Positions 31,269 to 42,226 of a DNA stretch of 64,000 bases are shown here, piece by piece. The stretch covers positions 2,418,001-2,482,000 of the forward strand of contig OX337228.1 in assembly GCA_946965045.2 (NCBI GenBank). Reading direction: 5' to 3'. Numbering within the stretch: the stretch's first letter is position 1; each line of letters begins with the position of its first letter. The notes below the pieces were generated by a model. The model was not told where the DNA came from. It did not search any database and saw nothing but the letters and a program-made list of their open reading frames with translations. This DNA is from Epithemia pelagica (lineage: Eukaryota > Protista > Bacillariophyta). Made by a program: the position numbers and the translations under genes.

Positions 31269-32789
31269 CTAGTTTAGCTCAGGCCACTCATAGTTGGGCT
31301 GGTAAGCAGCGCCAGATTGAAAATCGCAATAAATCTTCATCGCAGTCAGATAGAGGCCCCTTTCTCTTGCATAGCTGGACGCTTGTGTTGCTTCATCGTA
31401 ATCACTGTCGTACTCATAAACTGGACAGGAACCGTCATTGTGAGTTGCCAGGATCTGTCGTCCAGCTTTTTGGGCTGCGATTTGCGCGCCGGTATGTTGT
31501 AATCCGCTATCCACAAACTTGTCTACATCTTCTTGACTTAGTATTGGAATAGGAGGTGGCGGGACGTTGCATTTGGTTGTAAGTTCGTACGATGTTCGAT
31601 TCACTTCGGCCAGTGGATGTGCCAAAACGGCTTCGTTGCTGGTTGTGACACGACATAATCCGTTTGAGTTTTGAATGGCTCGCATATTGTAGATAATCCA
31701 TAAACGCAAGCCGTGTTCTAACGAAAAGTCATTTTCTCGCCTCTGGAGCGATTGTGCTACTTCGAGCGGATGCCGGTAGGTGAATAAGATTGCGGGCTCA
31801 CTGTTTAACAGGGGAAGCCACGTTTTGAGAGTGATGCACATCCGAGGGTCTTTTTGTAGAAAGGGGACCTTGTCTGGACTGTTGAGAACACGCAAGGCTT
31901 GTTCTCCCTCCTGGAAGGTGACTCGACCAGTTTTCTTGTCATCCAAAGCCTTTCGGTAATCATAATCAATAACGCCTGAGCTCCACCAAATTCGTTGGCG
32001 ACTCATAAATTCATCATTTTGAAGGACAGCTGGTACAAGTTCAAAGAATCCCTTTTTGTTGTCGAATGCAGAACCAATCAATGGACCTCCAGTGTGGTAC
32101 CCCATGCCTATTGATAATAGTCCAGAAAGCATACTGGTACCGGATCTGTGCATACCTAGAACCACGAAACCCGATACTTTCTTTTTCTGAGCGTTCGTGT
32201 CGCTAGTCTTGGCGGCGACACTTTGGCCATCGACGGATTGCTCTTGTTTGGGACGGTGCTGTTGCTCCCTTCGGTGTCGTCGTATTTTTTCAATATCTCC
32301 GACCGCATGCTGCATCAAAGAGGCATCGGTAACTCCTTCCGATTGACGATATTGTTGGACTTTGTGCTGAATGGATACAACCATTTTTTCTGCCAAGTGT
32401 TGTCCACCCATAGCCACGGATACAGCAGCGTGTGCCACGTCTCCTGGAGACGAGTGGCCCAATCGAGAGGCCCCCTCTTTCATTTTTTCTACAACCGGCT
32501 TTAGCACTTCTCCTCGATGTGTCGGAACAACTCTTGGAGCTTCTTGAACCAACAAGGGAAACATGCAAACCAAAATCAGAATATAACATACCAGAAAGAG
32601 TGCCAGACAAACTGTCATGTGAAAACCAAAGGACAAATACGACGAGAATCGTTGATCCGAGAAAGGTCGTCGGCGCCCTTTTCGACGAGTGCCAATCCGA
32701 CCTGCTTGTTGCTTTTTGCTGTGATTGCTTCCATGGTCCAGGGGGTCGTGCCCTTTCATACGGCCGCCGTCATTGTCGACCATTCGCAT
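31269..32789 (-). CDS. Membrane-anchored sulfotransferase (P-loop/PAPS-binding family)
   Basis: N-terminal TM, 5'-PSB motif VLGMHRSGTSML, KDPRMC, 3'-PB-like YRHPLEVAQSL. Confidence 0.85.
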   Translation of the reverse strand: MRMVDNDGGRMKGHDPLDHGSNHSKKQQAGRIGTRRKGRRRPFSDQRFSSYLSFGFHMTVCLALFLVCYILILVCMFPLLVQEAPRVVPTHRGEVLKPVVEKMKEGASRLGHSSPGDVAHAAVSVAMGGQHLAEKMVVSIQHKVQQYRQSEGVTDASLMQHAVGDIEKIRRHRREQQHRPKQEQSVDGQSVAAKTSDTNAQKKKVSGFVVLGMHRSGTSMLSGLLSIGMGYHTGGPLIGSAFDNKKGFFELVPAVLQNDEFMSRQRIWWSSGVIDYDYRKALDDKKTGRVTFQEGEQALRVLNSPDKVPFLQKDPRMCITLKTWLPLLNSEPAILFTYRHPLEVAQSLQRRENDFSLEHGLRLWIIYNMRAIQNSNGLCRVTTSNEAVLAHPLAEVNRTSYELTTKCNVPPPPIPILSQEDVDKFVDSGLQHTGAQIAAQKAGRQILATHNDGSCPVYEYDSDYDEATQASSYARERGLYLTAMKIYCDFQSGAAYQPNYEWPELN

Positions 32790-32979
32790 TATGACCAAAC
32801 GACGGGTCCTCTCGTCAAAGAAGCAATATCTCGCACTCTTTCTTCTAGTCCGTCCTCAAAAACAGAGAAGCAGCGGGCATCAAGAGCTTTCTTTGGAAAC
32901 ACCCCCCGACGATTAAATAGAGATGAGGATGAGGGTCATTGATTGACAATGAGAAAGTCACTGCGCCATGTCGCAGGTC

Positions 32980-33098
32980 GCAGCGGAATCTTTTGTAGTG
33001 GGGGGTGCCCAAAAAGTCTTGAAATAAGGGGGTGGCAGCGGAATCTTTTGTAGTGGGGGGTTGGGGGGTGCCCAAAAAGTCTTGAAATAAGGGGGTGG
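32980..33098. repeat. Two-copy G-rich tandem repeat (55-bp unit; second copy has an 8-bp insertion) in a divergent promoter
   Basis: GCAGCGGAATCTTTTGTAGTGGGGGG[TTGGGGGG]TGCCCAAAAAGTCTTGAAATAAGGGGGTG x2. Confidence 0.9.
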
Positions 33099-33266
33099 AG
33101 CACTTCTACTCATAATATTCGTGCCCTATTCCTATCCCGTCTCCGGTCACCATCCGTGATCCGAGGATCTTTTCCTTTTTCCTCTCAGCATGTCCTGCCA
33201 AAGAGAAGAGGATAAGTGCAACGACGTACATGGTTCAAGTCTGCTGCATGGAATGGAGAACTCGAG

Positions 33267-34529
33267 ATGATCCAGACAATTGAGAGACAGATATCCGTGG
33301 CGGTGGCTCTCATCGTTTGTTGTAGTCTCGGCCAAGCGTCCTTTGTTGTAGATCATGCACGTGGTATCACGCATCAATCACAGATCCAATCACCATCCGC
33401 ACCAGACCACTACTTGGTCCTACCTCTTTTGAAGAAACAGTCAACAGGATGGCCATTGTGGGAACAACCACGACAATCATTGGATAAGGGATTCAACTTG
33501 TTGGAATTGGCCAATGGTGTTCTTCCACAAGGTACCATTGTTCAAACCGCCAAGGAGGGATGGAAATTCGCATGGAAACGAATGATGGCCGAGTTGGCCC
33601 CACAAGATCGAACTGGAAATTACCAACGTCCGTCCTATAGTTTTGTTTCCTCCAACGACAAACAACAAAAATTAACACAGGATATGGATCGGTATCATCT
33701 CTATGTGGGCAATCCCTGTCCTTGGTGTCATCGCACGACCTTGGCATGCCAGGTCCTGGGCATTTCAGCTGCTGCTGTCGGAGTGACGCAGTTGGAAGAC
33801 AATCCGACCAAGGCCAGTCGAGGTGGATGGATTTTCGCTTCCAGTCGACCCGATCCTTTGGGAAATTTTGATTTGCGTCAACTCTACGATGCTCTCTCAC
33901 CATCGGGTTCCTTTCGAGGTCGTTGTACGGCACCCTTGCTCATTGACAAGAAAGACCGACGCATTATTTCTAACGAGTCGTCCGATATTGTCCGATTGTT
34001 GAATCAGGCCACCTTTTTCCATTCCAATTCCAACCTGAATTTGTATCCACCCGACCTGGCAGCCGAGATTGATGCCACCAATGAGTGGGTTTATACCTAT
34101 TTAAACAATGGCGTCTACCGTTGTGGATTCAGTACTTCACAAGAGGCTTACAACGATGCTTCGCGTCTTGTTCGTCAAGGTCTAGAACGAGCCGACGCAA
34201 TTCTGGCCAAACAACCATTTTTGTGTGGATCCACCTTTACCGAAGCCGATCTAAGACTCTTACCAACCATGCTACGCTTCGATGGTGCATACGCACCGCT
34301 TTTCAAGGCCGGTGGGACGCATCTCAGAATACGATGCGACTTTCCCAACCTACATGCCTGGTTACGACGATGCTGGACAATGGAAGGTGGACCAGAAGGG
34401 GACCGCCCCATTGCTAAATCCATTGACTTGGCCGATGCGTGCTCATCGTACTACAAACAGCTCTTTCCATTAAATCCAGGAGGGATCTTACCAACCCCTG
34501 TTACGCCAAAAGATTTGGGACTCGAATGA
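33267..34529 (+). CDS. Glutathionyl-hydroquinone reductase (GST omega/Xi-like, YqjG/ECM4 family), probably plastid-targeted
   Basis: LYVGNPCPWCHR, TAPLLID, SNESSDIVR, NNGVYRCGF, TEADLRLLPTMLRFD; signal peptide followed by A-SF. Confidence 0.9.
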   Translation: MIQTIERQISVAVALIVCCSLGQASFVVDHARGITHQSQIQSPSAPDHYLVLPLLKKQSTGWPLWEQPRQSLDKGFNLLELANGVLPQGTIVQTAKEGWKFAWKRMMAELAPQDRTGNYQRPSYSFVSSNDKQQKLTQDMDRYHLYVGNPCPWCHRTTLACQVLGISAAAVGVTQLEDNPTKASRGGWIFASSRPDPLGNFDLRQLYDALSPSGSFRGRCTAPLLIDKKDRRIISNESSDIVRLLNQATFFHSNSNLNLYPPDLAAEIDATNEWVYTYLNNGVYRCGFSTSQEAYNDASRLVRQGLERADAILAKQPFLCGSTFTEADLRLLPTMLRFDGAYAPLFKAGGTHLRIRCDFPNLHAWLRRCWTMEGGPEGDRPIAKSIDLADACSSYYKQLFPLNPGGILPTPVTPKDLGLE

Positions 34530-34629
34530 GGGAAACCTGTATTTTTAGGAACACCAACACCATGCGTTGCATACAAAATAGATCTAATTCATACTGCTAT
34601 TGAAACATTGGTATCTTAGGGTGTGTTAC

Positions 34630-35567
34630 TCAGTTGTTGGGATTTGCAACGGGATCCCATGGAAGAACATAAAAGTACATGAGCAACCAGTGACTCATGG
34701 CCCCGAGGATTACGGCCACATGCCATATTTCATGAAAACCAAACAGTCTAGGTATTCTGGATACCACACCAAACAACAATATAGGTGAGTAAACTAGATA
34801 AAACAGATACGAATAGCATATGATGGGACAACGTACGGGTTTGGTTGTTCTGTCGTAAAGACATATCCTCCGGCAGTGTAAAAGATTCCGCCCACAATGA
34901 GTAATGCCATACCGCCGATTCCAATGTAAGGAATGAGCCAACAAGCCAGACAAGCACCGAGCCATCCCATGGTAATATATAGAGTCAAAGACAACCACTT
35001 GGGAATCTTGTGAAAGATACAGGCTGTCATGATCATTCCGCTAATGGCCAAAAACCAGATGGTACCAAAAAAGGTCCAACCAATGACGTCCCCGTGAAAG
35101 AATACGAGACAGAGAGGAGTAAAGGTACCCGCAATGAGCGGATAAATGGCCAAATAATCCATCATTCGTAAAAATTCTTCCACCGATTGAGGTCCAACAA
35201 TGGAATGATGCAAGGTCGAAGCACCAAACAGCAACAAGAGCGAGGCTCCGTAAATAGAAAAGGCCACAATCTTCCAGGGCGCACCCGCCGCACTGGATTC
35301 CACAATCAGCAAGGCCGACCCCAACAAGGAGAGTAAGGTAGCAACCAAGTGAGAGGCGGAATTGAAGACTTCATCCGTGGCATGAATCGATCCATCGCGC
35401 GACAATTCGCCCACGTGTCCAAAGTCTGTAAATTGCCAATGGGTTAACACTTGCGATTCGGCTGGAGGAGTCGTCTGACGCTGATAGCCATGGTACTCTT
35501 CAAGATCTTGCCAATCTTGTTGACGATCGTTGTCGTCTCCTGACACTAAGAGATGTTCTGCGCCCAT
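34630..35567 (-). CDS. Hemolysin-III/PAQR family 7-TM protein; predicted intron 34757-34836
   Basis: DEVFNSASHL, STLHH, DYLAIYPLIAGTFTP, LYITMGW, GGIFYTAG and, after splicing, PNPIPRLFGFHEIWH. Confidence 0.92.
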
Positions 35568-35853
35568 GGTCTTATTGAGAGAAGTAGAAATCCCAAGGTA
35601 GGGGCTGGGTTCGAATTGATTCTTTTGAGAGAGGGTTCTATTGTGATGACGACGACTGTGGGCCTAAGGACACGTGCAAAACGGTGTCGCCGGGGGATAT
35701 CCATGAATCGCATGTCATGAAAAGGACGGGCGTGAGGGCAGCGGTCGCATCGATCGTGTGACGCTCCCGAAAATCATTCAGTCGCTGAAAGATCGCCGAA
35801 CAACGTTTGGAAGGACCGGAGACCGGACGCAAAAAAGAAAAAGATTGGAGACG

Positions 35854-37029
35854 ATGATGCAAGCTGTCCCTGGAGGAGGTTTATCCGCTCTACCTCCCTT
35901 TGGATCGACGACGGGGGCGCAACCAGGACCTGGCGGAATCACAGCGGCGCAACAAGACAAGATTAACCGCGAGCTGTTTGTTGGAAACACTCCTCCCGGC
36001 ACATCCGAACTGTTGTTGACACATTTTCTGAATGCTGCCATGAGACGAGTTGGATTATGTCAACCACACGAGACGCCCGTTCTCAATAGCCGTTTAAATC
36101 CCAAGTTTGCCTTTGTGGAATTGGTGACTGCCGAAATGGCCAATGCCTGCATGAACATGAATGGCATTCCCTTTCTGGGGGCTGTCTTGAAAATCAGCAG
36201 ACCATCCAAATACACAGGCCCAAATTTAACTGGTGTTCGAACATGGCAGCAACTAACAGGATCTTCATTGCCAATGGGGGCTGCCATGGATGCTGAGACG
36301 GAAAAAATGTCCCGCGAACTCTTTATTGGCAACACCACACCAGAAATGTCGGAAACCATGATTCGAGAGTTCCTTGGCAATGCCATGGAACAAGTCGGTT
36401 TGACTGTTCTTCCAGGAAATCCAATACAAGCGTGTCGTGTGTCGGGGAAATATGCGTTTGTCGAATTAAGGTCGGCCCAAGAGGCCACCAACGCCTTGAA
36501 TTTGAATAATATTCCCTTTATGGGATCCACACTTCGTGTGGGACGACCGTCCAAGTGGTATGGACCACCGGACCGACATGGGAACTGGGAGGATATACTG
36601 GCCAAGTACATGGCTGGGGAATTGCAATTACCATCGAGTGGAAACGCGGGGATGGAAGGATCCGCCGTGGCATCCTCTACTATTAAAGAAGAGGCATCGA
36701 CTCACAACTCGGCTTCGGCGCGACCGCCCAGTTGTGTTGTAGAACTCCAGCACATGTTAACCATGGATGATTTGTCGAATGAAGAAGAATATCAAGAGAT
36801 TTTGGAGGACACAAGAGAAGAATGTGCTCAATTTGGAAAATTGGTCAATGTCGTTATCCCCAAAGCGGATCAAGTCGGTGCGACGAAAGTTTTTCTTGAG
36901 TATGAAACACAACAAGAGGCCTCGGCTGCTGTGGCCGGGCTGGAAGGGAGGACGTTCGATGGCCGACGAGTGTTGGCACAGTTCTTTGATATGCAAAAGT
37001 ACCAACAAGGAGACTACTCCTCTTATTAA
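35854..37029 (+). CDS. U2AF large-subunit-like splicing factor (two RRMs plus C-terminal UHM)
   Basis: RELFVGNTP…FAFVEL…LKISRP twice, plus UHM-like VVELQHML…EILEDTREECAQFG…KVFLEY…LEGRTFDGRRV. Confidence 0.85.
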   Translation: MMQAVPGGGLSALPPFGSTTGAQPGPGGITAAQQDKINRELFVGNTPPGTSELLLTHFLNAAMRRVGLCQPHETPVLNSRLNPKFAFVELVTAEMANACMNMNGIPFLGAVLKISRPSKYTGPNLTGVRTWQQLTGSSLPMGAAMDAETEKMSRELFIGNTTPEMSETMIREFLGNAMEQVGLTVLPGNPIQACRVSGKYAFVELRSAQEATNALNLNNIPFMGSTLRVGRPSKWYGPPDRHGNWEDILAKYMAGELQLPSSGNAGMEGSAVASSTIKEEASTHNSASARPPSCVVELQHMLTMDDLSNEEEYQEILEDTREECAQFGKLVNVVIPKADQVGATKVFLEYETQQEASAAVAGLEGRTFDGRRVLAQFFDMQKYQQGDYSSY

Positions 37030-37243
37030 GCAAACTTTTGTTTCCGTTGAAAAAGCGGGGTACAACACTTACTCCTAGAGAGCACAGATATAATCTGCTA
37101 CATCATTGCAATAGAAGATTTCACTTTCACGAGTGATGGCTGGTACCGGTCGGGGAACAGTGATATGGGTGCACCGCACACGATCGTATACTCACTCAGT
37201 ATCACCTTTCGTCCACTAATTCTCCATGGAGAGAAAATTGGTA

Positions 37244-37852
37244 TCACTCCTCCTTAGTATCATTGTAGGCTAGCACTTCTATTCTGTCAAACGTTATTTC
37301 AGGGTAACAAGTTTGAGGTGCTGTTTGCCTTTCCTTAACCGTGTCTTTCTGTTGAAACACACGCAACGGCTCCACGCCAAACCGCGTGCAAGTCTTTCGA
37401 CGGTGAAACCTCGCATTGGTCAGAGCGATCCTCCATTTTGCTCCGTGACGATTGTAGCACTGCAAACGCCCTTGTAGGCTAGCTTTGGGTAGATTAGGTG
37501 TTGCCCCCTTCTTGTGATGATTCAAAGACATTTGATATTGCTCTGTGTGCGTTTCTGCGACAGCGCGACCAAATGCATTCAACACATTGGCAATAAAGTC
37601 TTCATCCTCCAATATTTTGTTCTTTATTTGGCTTGATTTTTCTTGCTCATCTGAAACCTTTTCTCCGTTGTCATTTTCATCGTCACTAACTAGATATTTT
37701 CCATCGTCAATCTTCTTGGCTTTAAGCTCCCTTAAAGCTTGACGTAACGAGGATCCGAGGATGCCTTGACAAGAGGCGTCCTTCGATGTCACTTCGAGAC
37801 TAGGAGGAGGGGGAGGACCATTCCAGAGTGCCTTCCGTTTTGGATTAGACAT
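37244..37852 (-). CDS. Divergent TFIIA gamma (small) subunit-like protein
   Basis: Colinear resemblance to Toa2/GTF2A2: ILGSSLRQALREL, NVLNAFGRAVAET, SLQGRLQCYNRHGAKWRIALTN, DRIEVLAYND. Confidence 0.6.
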   Translation of the reverse strand: MSNPKRKALWNGPPPPPSLEVTSKDASCQGILGSSLRQALRELKAKKIDDGKYLVSDDENDNGEKVSDEQEKSSQIKNKILEDEDFIANVLNAFGRAVAETHTEQYQMSLNHHKKGATPNLPKASLQGRLQCYNRHGAKWRIALTNARFHRRKTCTRFGVEPLRVFQQKDTVKERQTAPQTCYPEITFDRIEVLAYNDTKEE

Positions 37853-38046
37853 GAGGGAGAGATCTCTGTCAGAGAGAGAAAAGTTTGCCAGAAACTACTC
37901 ACGCGTAGCTATGAGGGCTATGTCGGTTTTGAAGGAAAATCGGCGACCACCTTCTTTTCTCCTGTTTTCTTCGCACAACAACGGCACTCCTAGCCCTAGC
38001 GTGACAATTGAAGATATCGAGGCCTTTATCAGATAGCATTGACAAG

Positions 38047-38745
38047 ATGATCTCTTTCATTTTGATGGTGTGAGTGCATGCAAGTCACTGATCAGCGTTT
38101 GCTTATTCCTTTGTCAAAAGGTTTGGACTTGGAGAGAGTTGCTTTGATGTAGTGGTCTTTGTCTGTGTTGTCGTGTTTTCTGCTCTTGACTCACAATGTC
38201 TCTCGATACTTCCCAGAAATAAGCAAGGGCAAACGCGCTATTCGTCCTATTATGAATGGATCACTATGGAAGAGAGGACAGCATTGGAGTCGGAGATCAT
38301 TCGAAAATGCTTAAGCCGATCAGAGCTCCAGTGCTCGTTCATAGAATACAGAGGCTACAAGGTCATCTATCGGAGGTATGCTTCGTTGTTTTTCATTGTC
38401 GGGACGAAACCAGATGTGGGAACTGGTGACGAGAATTGTGAGAACGAAATGGGAATGCTTGAGTTTATTCATACCCTCGTGGAAACGATGGACAAGTGGG
38501 CTGGAAGCATTTGCGAAGTAAGTGGCCGTGTGCGCAATTGGATTGTTCTTAGACTTATAGTCCTGGGCGTCTTGTCTTACATCGGATTTCAGCTTGACAT
38601 CATGTACCAGTTGGAGGAAGTCCATTTTTTGGTCGATGAAATGGTTCAGAACGGTTATATTATAGAGACAAACAAGACTAATATTCTCCGTCCCATTGCT
38701 CTCATGGAGCGTGAGAGTGCAAAGGCCGATAGCATGTTTCGCTGA
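38047..38745 (+). CDS. AP4S1: AP-4 adaptor complex sigma subunit; predicted introns 38070-38216 and 38518-38592
   Basis: Spliced MISFILMVNKQGQTRYSSYY…CLSRSELQCSFIEYRGYKVIYRRYASLFFIVG…ENEMGMLEFIH…ICELDIMY…DEMVQNGYIIETNK. Confidence 0.85.
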
Positions 38746-39056
38746 ACTGGCAGTTACGGAACCATACAGACTACAGACTCCAAGTTTCTGGAACACATAA
38801 GGATTTCATCTGATAGATCATCTCATAGATGCACTTCCTGTGTTGGACCATGCGGAACTTTTCTAAGAATAACGTTGCGGTCTTAATTTGTACATGTTAT
38901 CTGCTTACAGCAGATAGCCTGTCTACAACAATCCAAATAGGATTAACTTTTCACAAAACTATCTTATTCATGACATTTGGCATGTATGTATAAAATCTGC
39001 CCCACCAAAAAAGCAGTTCTTCGTCCATGCACTCATCATATCTAGGTGTTTATATC

Positions 39057-41618
39057 CTACTCGGCCATATCTGACAAGGACGAATCACTTACATCCGAAT
39101 CCTCTGGAACCATCTCCTCAGAGTTTGCCATTAAGGCAGCTGAAGCAGAAGATGGTACCGCTGGTTCTTGTAGCCCGTTCAAACCGCTATCAACTAGTGC
39201 ACTAGGTGCCAACTTCTGCGATGTTCTCGGTTGTGGTTGTTGTTGTTGCTGCTGTGTAGTCGCTGCAGTCCTCGAGTGCTGGTGTCGTTTCAATGCCATT
39301 GCCCGGGCCACTGCCGAAAAGTTTGACGATGGAGCGCCTTCCACGGCCGCCGCCACGGCCGCAGCAGAGCTCCCCACAAAACCTGAATCCGAACCATCGC
39401 TTCGATCTGATGCCGAATCGTCAAACGAAATGTCGTCGGACTCTGAGTCAACATCTGAAGAAGCCGAGGATCGACTTTCCACGTCCTGTTCTTTCATGGA
39501 GTTTAATTGCGCCGTTCCCAACAGAGCACCAGCTGTTGCTGACGCAGTCATTGAACTAGCACCCGTTCCCAAGGCCATGAGTTCAAATGGGGATACTCCT
39601 GCCACAGCAGCTGCATGATGCATTTGAAGAATATGCATGTTGGCGGCGCTAGGGTTAGGTAACGCCTGCGGTGGCGTTGTTGGCGACGATATATCATTGA
39701 AAAGAATTGGTGAGAGTGATCGAACAGGGCTCGAGGGGTGTTCTCCTGGAGGGGTGGCATGCGGCGATCGAAGAAGTCCTCCCGACAAGTTTGGTACCGC
39801 AGCAAGATTGGGTGGTGGAGGCGAGTTTGTAAGGCTTCGGCTATCCGCAATGGCTTTTGTGTTTGGATTGACCGCAAGGGAATGATTTTGATGATGAGGA
39901 TCGATACCAACATGGTCAAACTTAGAACGAAGAGACGCCCTAGCAGCTGCCTCCAGTTGTTCTCTGCGTTCCGCTTCAGCGGAACTCAACGAAGCCCCCT
40001 TAGCCAAATCTGACGAGTGGCCATTTTGATGGAACCCATCTTCCTTCTTTCGGTTGGTCATAGAATCCAGACCCATGGAGTTCTCTTTCGAGATTGATGC
40101 CTCAGTTGTGGGGCTCATACCTTTATCCTTCGGTGCAAGGATATTCTCGTCAATGCCAGAATCTGAGGCAAGTGAACTCCTTCTTCTTCTCAATTGCCGA
40201 AATTCGGATTGTATTCGAACCCTTTCGTCCGCTAATGCGGCCAACTCTTGCTCTTCTCTGCGACTTTGCGAAGTTATGCCACCTTGACTTCCTCCGAATG
40301 CGGAAGTTGGAGAGGACACCAGTAAAAGCTTTTCCAAACAGTTGCATAATTTGTGAGTTTGTGTATAGTACTTTTCGGGAGTCACCAGAACCTCAGCTAT
40401 TCTCTGAATTGTGAATGGTGGTCCAGCCAAGTGTTCCCCTTTCTGATTTGGATCTGCTTCGGGTAATCCCAAACGTTTTAACAAACGATCCTTTCGTAAG
40501 AGAAAAATGTCCTTAGCAGCGAGCGCCTGATCTTTATGTATTTTTCTTTCTGCTGGAGAAAGAACGTAGCCCCCTTTATTTTGAAACCAGGCATCTAAAA
40601 CCAATCCAATTGCTACCCGGAACGCTTCGCGCAGTGATGATGCATATGAAGGAGCAGAAGTTCCTTCTGTACGAATCCAGTTTGCGTTTTTGGACGAAGA
40701 TGAATTCATAGAACGCAAGTTCAAGTGTTGCGAGCTATGTCGAAGATGCCTGTGCTGTTGATCGAACGACAGTTCACTGTTGCTTGTTGTTGATGTTCCC
40801 TCAGAATCGTACTGGGACGTATCTTCGGGTTCACTGCCCGATGTCGTCGATGTACTGAAGCGAGCACTTGGTGCAGGAGAGGCCACAGACATGTTGGCTC
40901 CCGTCACAGTTGTTGTCGCTGTAGCAGTAGCCCGAATCAAACGCAAAGGGCGCTTCCGATGTCGATTTGGTCGTGATTTGCGATGGGCCGTTCCATGAAT
41001 GCCATTTCGTTGTTTCTTTCGGGGAGGAACAGCACTTGCAGAGGCCGCTTTGGCACTACTGCTACTGCTTGGCGCCATATAAGAAGCCACGACTCTTGGC
41101 CTTATGGCGATGGGAGCTACCGCAGGTGAGCCACCAATGAATCCCCTCTTGTTTGATTTCGAAGCACAGAGAGATTCCGATGGAGGATTCTTCCGTACCG
41201 AATCCCACGTTAATGATGAGCTTTCACCGGTTGTCGCAACTTCCGATAAGATACTTTGTAGGGGTACTGGAAGCACTGAGGACGAGGAACCTGTATCGCC
41301 ATCTTCCTCAATCGCGGCGGCACACGCACCCACTTGTCCATCATTTCGGTCCGCCTCTGTACAACCGGCTTTCGGTGTACTCTCACCACAAACTTTAGAT
41401 TCATCCCCACCGATTTCGGGCTTCTCCGCGCAAGAATCAAATAGATTTTTCTTTTCCGAAGAGGATCCATCATGTTCTGGTCTCACGTCCCGCGGTTCTT
41501 CTCCATCGTGTGTACTGCCATGCGAAGCATTCGTTGATGAAGAAGAGGGAGCTGCCGCCAGTTGTTCTTGCACCTTGTTAACGTTAACGGAGACAAGAGT
41601 CGCGGACATTGCGAACAT
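39057..41618 (-). CDS. Low-complexity protein with a PPP4R2 (PP4 regulatory subunit 2)-like domain
   Basis: GPPFTIQRIAEVLVTPEKYYTQTHKLCNCLEKLLLVSS resembles the PPP4R2 core; flanks are Ser/acidic disordered sequence. Confidence 0.75.
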   Translation of the reverse strand: MFAMSATLVSVNVNKVQEQLAAAPSSSSTNASHGSTHDGEEPRDVRPEHDGSSSEKKNLFDSCAEKPEIGGDESKVCGESTPKAGCTEADRNDGQVGACAAAIEEDGDTGSSSSVLPVPLQSILSEVATTGESSSLTWDSVRKNPPSESLCASKSNKRGFIGGSPAVAPIAIRPRVVASYMAPSSSSSAKAASASAVPPRKKQRNGIHGTAHRKSRPNRHRKRPLRLIRATATATTTVTGANMSVASPAPSARFSTSTTSGSEPEDTSQYDSEGTSTTSNSELSFDQQHRHLRHSSQHLNLRSMNSSSSKNANWIRTEGTSAPSYASSLREAFRVAIGLVLDAWFQNKGGYVLSPAERKIHKDQALAAKDIFLLRKDRLLKRLGLPEADPNQKGEHLAGPPFTIQRIAEVLVTPEKYYTQTHKLCNCLEKLLLVSSPTSAFGGSQGGITSQSRREEQELAALADERVRIQSEFRQLRRRRSSLASDSGIDENILAPKDKGMSPTTEASISKENSMGLDSMTNRKKEDGFHQNGHSSDLAKGASLSSAEAERREQLEAAARASLRSKFDHVGIDPHHQNHSLAVNPNTKAIADSRSLTNSPPPPNLAAVPNLSGGLLRSPHATPPGEHPSSPVRSLSPILFNDISSPTTPPQALPNPSAANMHILQMHHAAAVAGVSPFELMALGTGASSMTASATAGALLGTAQLNSMKEQDVESRSSASSDVDSESDDISFDDSASDRSDGSDSGFVGSSAAAVAAAVEGAPSSNFSAVARAMALKRHQHSRTAATTQQQQQQPQPRTSQKLAPSALVDSGLNGLQEPAVPSSASAALMANSEEMVPEDSDVSDSSLSDMAE

Positions 41619-42226
41619 TTAGATTCGCTTGCAATCCCAATCTTAAATAGACCCAGAAACCTGAAACAAAGATTGGATTTCCCTTTACACCATGCCTCGC
41701 TCAAAACGTTTATGAGCCAGTTGGACGCAGAACAAAATGAATTGCTGATCTCCGCAGATCCGCTCTCGTACGTTTGTCTCTTTCCAGCAGGAGATACTAT
41801 CACGATCTCTTTGAATTGATCAATCGAAGCCTTTCAGATGGAACAAGGGTTGCTTTTGTACACAGCACTTGTGTTATGGGTTTATGGTGCTGAATAGAAA
41901 AGGCTGATGCTGACGATTATTACTCCACAGTACGGTAGTTCTACCAACTTCTTCGCTTCGGGTCTCGCTCTCGCGTCCGAACAAAATGTCTGGCCGTCGT
42001 CCGGTGCCATCCCGGCCATAAAAATTTAAAATCAATTCAACCCCCAGCAATGGTGGTTTCGAGGGAGTATTACACAAATTACACCCTGTACGACACACCC
42101 GCTGGGGGATGACTTGTAGATATGTAATCCATATTCATCCCCTAACCATTTATTGTGAAAGCTGTACGTCTATCACACTTCGGACTTCAGAGAGGAAGAG
42201 CATTGTCTCCAGCGACAATCTTCACG

